DNA of 64,000 bases from Alphaproteobacteria bacterium (GTDB lineage: Bacteria; Pseudomonadota; Alphaproteobacteria; UBA828), in the NCBI GenBank assembly GCA_965214705.1, contig CBDCCI010000002.1, positions 1,632,001-1,696,000 on the forward strand, in the 5' to 3' direction. The notes below the pieces were generated by a model, which saw only the letters and a program-made list of their open reading frames with translations, was not told the DNA's origin and searched no databases. The stretch's first letter is position 1; each line of letters begins with the position of its first letter. Positions 60,665 through 64,000 of this stretch are shown piece by piece. The position numbers and the translations under genes were made by a program.

Positions 60665-60908
60665 GGAGAGCGCGGCCAAGGAGCTGAGGCGTGTGGCCAA
60701 GCCGGACCGCACGCGCATCGTCGCAGCGATCGACCGGCTGGCAGAGACCCCTCATCTCGGTGCCGCGCTGAAAGGCGACCTGCGGGGGCTCAGGCGACTC
60801 CGGGTGGGAGACTACCGCGTCGTGTACGAAATCCGGGACGAGGAACTCATCGTTCTGGTCGTTCGCGTCGCGCACCGGCGAGACGCCTATCGGCGGACAG
60901 GATCGTGA
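60642..60908 (+). CDS. RelE/ParE-family toxin
   Basis: LKGDLRGLRRLRVGDYRVVY...VAHRRDAY. Confidence 0.92.
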   Translation: MSFSIQIKESAAKELRRVAKPDRTRIVAAIDRLAETPHLGAALKGDLRGLRRLRVGDYRVVYEIRDEELIVLVVRVAHRRDAYRRTGS

Positions 60909-61127
60909 GACTGGCTGCGAAGACCGCCCCGAACCATCGATTGTGACGTCCCCGCCAAAATATATTCGTCGGGTCAGCCAGGGCCACAGGGGGGCCTCCG
61001 CGTGGCCTCCGAGGGCCAAGGGTATGATGTAGCCCATTGATACCACTGACTAAATCCCTTGACAATACTCGCCCCGTCCCAAAGATCGCCCTTCATATGG
61101 GCCGAAGTTGCGGGGAGGCGGGGCATT

Positions 61128-61328
61128 ATGGGAAGAAGCGGGAGCGGACGGTCCAGGGACCGCGTCGCCGCCAACGACAACGGCGCGGCCGAGGCCCGGG
61201 TCCGGTCTGCCGTGCTGACCATCGCACGTCTGCTCGGACGCCAGATCGCCCGCGAGCAGTTCGAGCGACAGGTTGCGGCAAACGACAATACGCCGGTCAA
61301 GAAGACCGGAGACCGACAGAAGCGATGA
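61128..61328 (+). CDS. Small hypothetical protein with ANDN motifs, upstream of the recombinase
   Basis: AANDN twice; IARLLGRQIAREQFE. Confidence 0.6.
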   Translation: MGRSGSGRSRDRVAANDNGAAEARVRSAVLTIARLLGRQIAREQFERQVAANDNTPVKKTGDRQKR

Positions 61329-61329
61329 C

Positions 61330-61724
61330 ATGATCCGTGCCGCCCTCTACGCCGCTACTCCTCGGACCTCCAGAGCGAAGCCTCGATCGAGGACCAGTTC
61401 CGGATTTGCCGGGAACACGCGGAGCGCGCGGGCTGGACAATCGTGGACACCTACCGCGACGCGGCTATCTCCGGCGACAGCATGATCCTGCGCCCGGGCA
61501 TCCAGGCGCTGCTGGCCGATGCCCGCTCCGGCGCATTCGACGTGGTGATTGCGGAAGCATTGGATCGGATGAGTCGTGACCAGGCCGATGTCTCGGCGCT
61601 GTTCAAGCACCTTCAGTTCGCCCGGGTGATGATCGTCACGCTCGCCGAGGGTGAGATCAACGAACTGCACGTCGGCCTCAAGGGCACGATGAACGCGCTC
61701 TTCCTGAAGGACCTCGCGGCCAAG
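61330..61724 (+). pseudogene. Large serine recombinase 5' part, frameshifted and truncated
   Basis: ALYA(R)YSSDLQ..SIEDQ, EALDRMSRD, LKGTMNALFLKDLAAK; 1-nt loss near 61353. Confidence 0.88.
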
Positions 61725-62031
61725 GTTAAGGGTTGGGCAGGCTCTCTCTCGAGAGCCTGCCCAACCCTTTTGAACGAAGCCGCGGGCCACGAGAGGCGAA
61801 GTTGAGCTATGTGGAAAGTGCGCTGATGTCAGCGTCAGGCGGCATCCACCGGCAGCAGAGTTGCGCATAAAATCGACGCTCGCGCCGGTCTTTCGGCAGG
61901 CATGCGGGCGCACGCTGCGAGGACTGAGCGGGGTGTGAGCCGAGGGCTGTCAGCCCGGCTCAAGCGGAGACAGGTTCGGTCGTGCGTCGGCGCTTTGGCG
62001 CCGTTGCGCGGGGCCGAAGCGAGCGGGCGTC

Positions 62032-63273
62032 TCACGGTTTCCCCCTGTGGGTCGGCGGCAGCGCCGGCGGGCCGCGCGTCGAGCGGGGCTCATGGCGGCG
62101 GCGGATTTCGCGGACGAGGCGCATGACGCCGCCGCAGTGGGGGCAGGCCACGGGCGCGGTGCCGATCTCGGGCTCTTCGTCGGGCTCGGCCCGAGCGCCG
62201 TCCACGCTTCCCTCGGGGGCGGCGCAGCCGAGGGCGCCGAGAGCCTGGCGTGCTCTCTCCAGCGTGCTGGCGCGGCAGCCGTTGGCGAGGATGCCGAAGT
62301 AGCGAATGCGGTGCATGCCGTCCGGCAGGACGTGCCTCAGGAAGCGGCGGATGAACTCGTCGGCGCTCACGGTGGCGATGCCGTAGCGCGGCTTTCTCTG
62401 CCCCGGCGCCTTGGGCTTTCGGTGGCGGAAGGAGACCGTCTCGCCGTCGAAGGAGACGATGCGGCTGTCGGAGATGGCGATCCTGTGCGTGTAGTGCGAG
62501 AGGTACCGGAAGACCTGCTCAGGCCCGCGGAAGGGCCGCTTGGCGTAGACCACCCAGTCCCTGGCCCGGGCGGCGGCAAGCGTGGCGTGGAACTCGCCGG
62601 GATTGGCGAGGTGGGCGAGGGTGCCGTGGAACTCCAGGTCCCCCCGGCCGTGGGCGCGGGCGAGCTCCTCGAGGAAGAGGCGGCGGAACAGGCTGCCGAG
62701 GACCTTGACGGGGGCGAGGAAGGTGGTGCTCCCCGTCTTCCACTCGCCACTGTCTACGTCGAAGCCCGCGTTGGGCACGACCACGTGCAGGTGCGGGTGG
62801 AAGCGGAGCTTCTGATCCCAGGTATGGAGGACCGCGGTGCCGCCGATGCGCATGCCGCCGTGGCGGGGATCGGCGGCGATGGTGCGCAGGGTCTCGGCGA
62901 CGGCCCGGAAGAGGATGTCGAACACCACCCTGCGGTTGCAGAAGGCAATGGCGGCAACCTCCTTGGGCAGGGTGAAGACCACATGGAAGTAGGGCACCGG
63001 CAGGATGTCCCCGGCGCGCTCCTCGCTCCAGAGGTTGGCGGCGAGACCCTGGCAGGTGGGGCAGTGGCGGTTGCGGCAGGAGTTGGAGAGCGGATGCTCG
63101 CGCCCGCAGCCCTCGCAGGCGTACATGTGGCCGCCGAGCACGGCGGTGCGGCACGCCTCGATGGCGCCCATGACCTTGAGCCGGGCGGCGTCGATGCGCC
63201 CTTTGTGGCGCTCACGGAAAGCGGCGCCGGCGCGGCGGAAGATCTCCGCCACGCCCGCGCGTTCGGCCTCCAC
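62032..63273 (-). CDS. IS91-family Y2 transposase with Zn-binding domain
   Basis: SCRNRHCPTC, YFHVVFTLP, LHTW...HPHLH, YLSHYTHR, HRIRYFG. Confidence 0.95.
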   Translation of the reverse strand: MEAERAGVAEIFRRAGAAFRERHKGRIDAARLKVMGAIEACRTAVLGGHMYACEGCGREHPLSNSCRNRHCPTCQGLAANLWSEERAGDILPVPYFHVVFTLPKEVAAIAFCNRRVVFDILFRAVAETLRTIAADPRHGGMRIGGTAVLHTWDQKLRFHPHLHVVVPNAGFDVDSGEWKTGSTTFLAPVKVLGSLFRRLFLEELARAHGRGDLEFHGTLAHLANPGEFHATLAAARARDWVVYAKRPFRGPEQVFRYLSHYTHRIAISDSRIVSFDGETVSFRHRKPKAPGQRKPRYGIATVSADEFIRRFLRHVLPDGMHRIRYFGILANGCRASTLERARQALGALGCAAPEGSVDGARAEPDEEPEIGTAPVACPHCGGVMRLVREIRRRHEPRSTRGPPALPPTHRGKP

Positions 63274-63279
63274 GCGCCG

Positions 63280-64000
63280 TCAGTTGCGCAACGCTGCGAA
63301 GCCTGAGATCGGGTGGTCGAGGCCCTCGAACATCTTGCCGGTGACGCGGGCGTAGTGACGGGTCGTGTTCGCGCTTCGATGGCCGAGCATGTCCCGGATC
63401 ACCTCGATATCGCCGCCGCGCTCGAGGAGATGGGTCGCCGCCGAATGGCGCAGGCAATGGAAGGTGTAGCTGCGGTCGAGCTCGGCAATGTCGCGCGCCC
63501 TCCTGAAGGCGGCCTGCAAGGTCTCCGTTGCGATGGGCCTGTCGAGCGAGACGCCGTAGAAGAGCCAGCTCGTCGGACGCGGCCAGATGTTCCTGTAGTA
63601 GACGCGCAAGTAGTGGATGACGATGTCCGGCAACGGTGCCATTCTCTCGGTGCCGCCTTTGCCGGAGGGGATGTGCAGCAGCTTCTTCTCCGACAGGATG
63701 TCGCCGACCTTGATGGCCAAGGTCTCGGAGATGCGGAGCCCGCCGCCATAGCCGGTGACAATGGCAGCACGGTGGCGGAGGTCGGGTGTCGCAAGGATGA
63801 GGTGCTCGACCTCCTGCTCCGACATGTAGCGCGGCAGCTTGCCGGGCTTCTTGCGGGAGCGCAGGCCGGCGACATGGTCAGGCCAGCCGAGTGTGTCGAT
63901 GTAGAGGAAGTTCAGCGCGGCGAAGGAGACGTTGGTCGTGCCCGGACTGAGCCCCTTGTCGATCCGCCCCAGGTACCACTGGCGCACCTGCTCGGCGTCG
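63280..64000 (-). CDS. Tyrosine recombinase of the IS91-like element (5'-partial)
   Basis: GLRISE, GKGGTER, HCLRHS, MLGH, TRHY. Confidence 0.92.
   Translation of the reverse strand, partial: DAEQVRQWYLGRIDKGLSPGTTNVSFAALNFLYIDTLGWPDHVAGLRSRKKPGKLPRYMSEQEVEHLILATPDLRHRAAIVTGYGGGLRISETLAIKVGDILSEKKLLHIPSGKGGTERMAPLPDIVIHYLRVYYRNIWPRPTSWLFYGVSLDRPIATETLQAAFRRARDIAELDRSYTFHCLRHSAATHLLERGGDIEVIRDMLGHRSANTTRHYARVTGKMFEGLDHPISGFAALRN

Larger units (their letters stand above)
61725..64000 (-). mobile_element. IS91-like element carrying a tyrosine recombinase; runs off the window
   Basis: Junction abuts CTTG on the - strand; 19-bp-stem terminal hairpin at 61728-61769. Confidence 0.75.

Overview
GC-rich bacterial window, probably alphaproteobacterial, and mostly accessory DNA. 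1-14.3 kb holds an IS4-family transposase, a PotD/PotB/PotC-like ABC importer, a TPR/2OG-Fe(II) protein, a Na/Pi cotransporter, an ACP-acyl-AMP ligase-acyltransferase fusion, an MFS transporter and a broken response regulator. 14.7-36 kb holds two tandem tyrosine integrases and a double CRISPR-Cas locus. A type III-B Cmr operon (no cas6, disrupted cas10, CARF-HEPN effector) on + and a complete type I-G (I-U) operon on - converge on one 17-repeat array. One spacer carries an IS1595-type MITE; a second copy of that MITE sits inside another MITE within an integrase remnant at the far end of the locus. 36-50 kb holds a MobF/TrwC relaxase gene split by an IS66, which itself contains an IS110 and an IS1634, followed by RHH/MobC-like genes. 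50-64 kb is defence-like cargo: an uncharacterised HTH/PLD-like plus helical-protein pair, a DUF2971-like pseudogene, AbiE, a MITE-interrupted PD-(D/E)XK-like gene and RelBE. The window ends with a serine recombinase truncated by an IS91-like/integrase element. All calls come from reading the sequence by eye; no searches were run.
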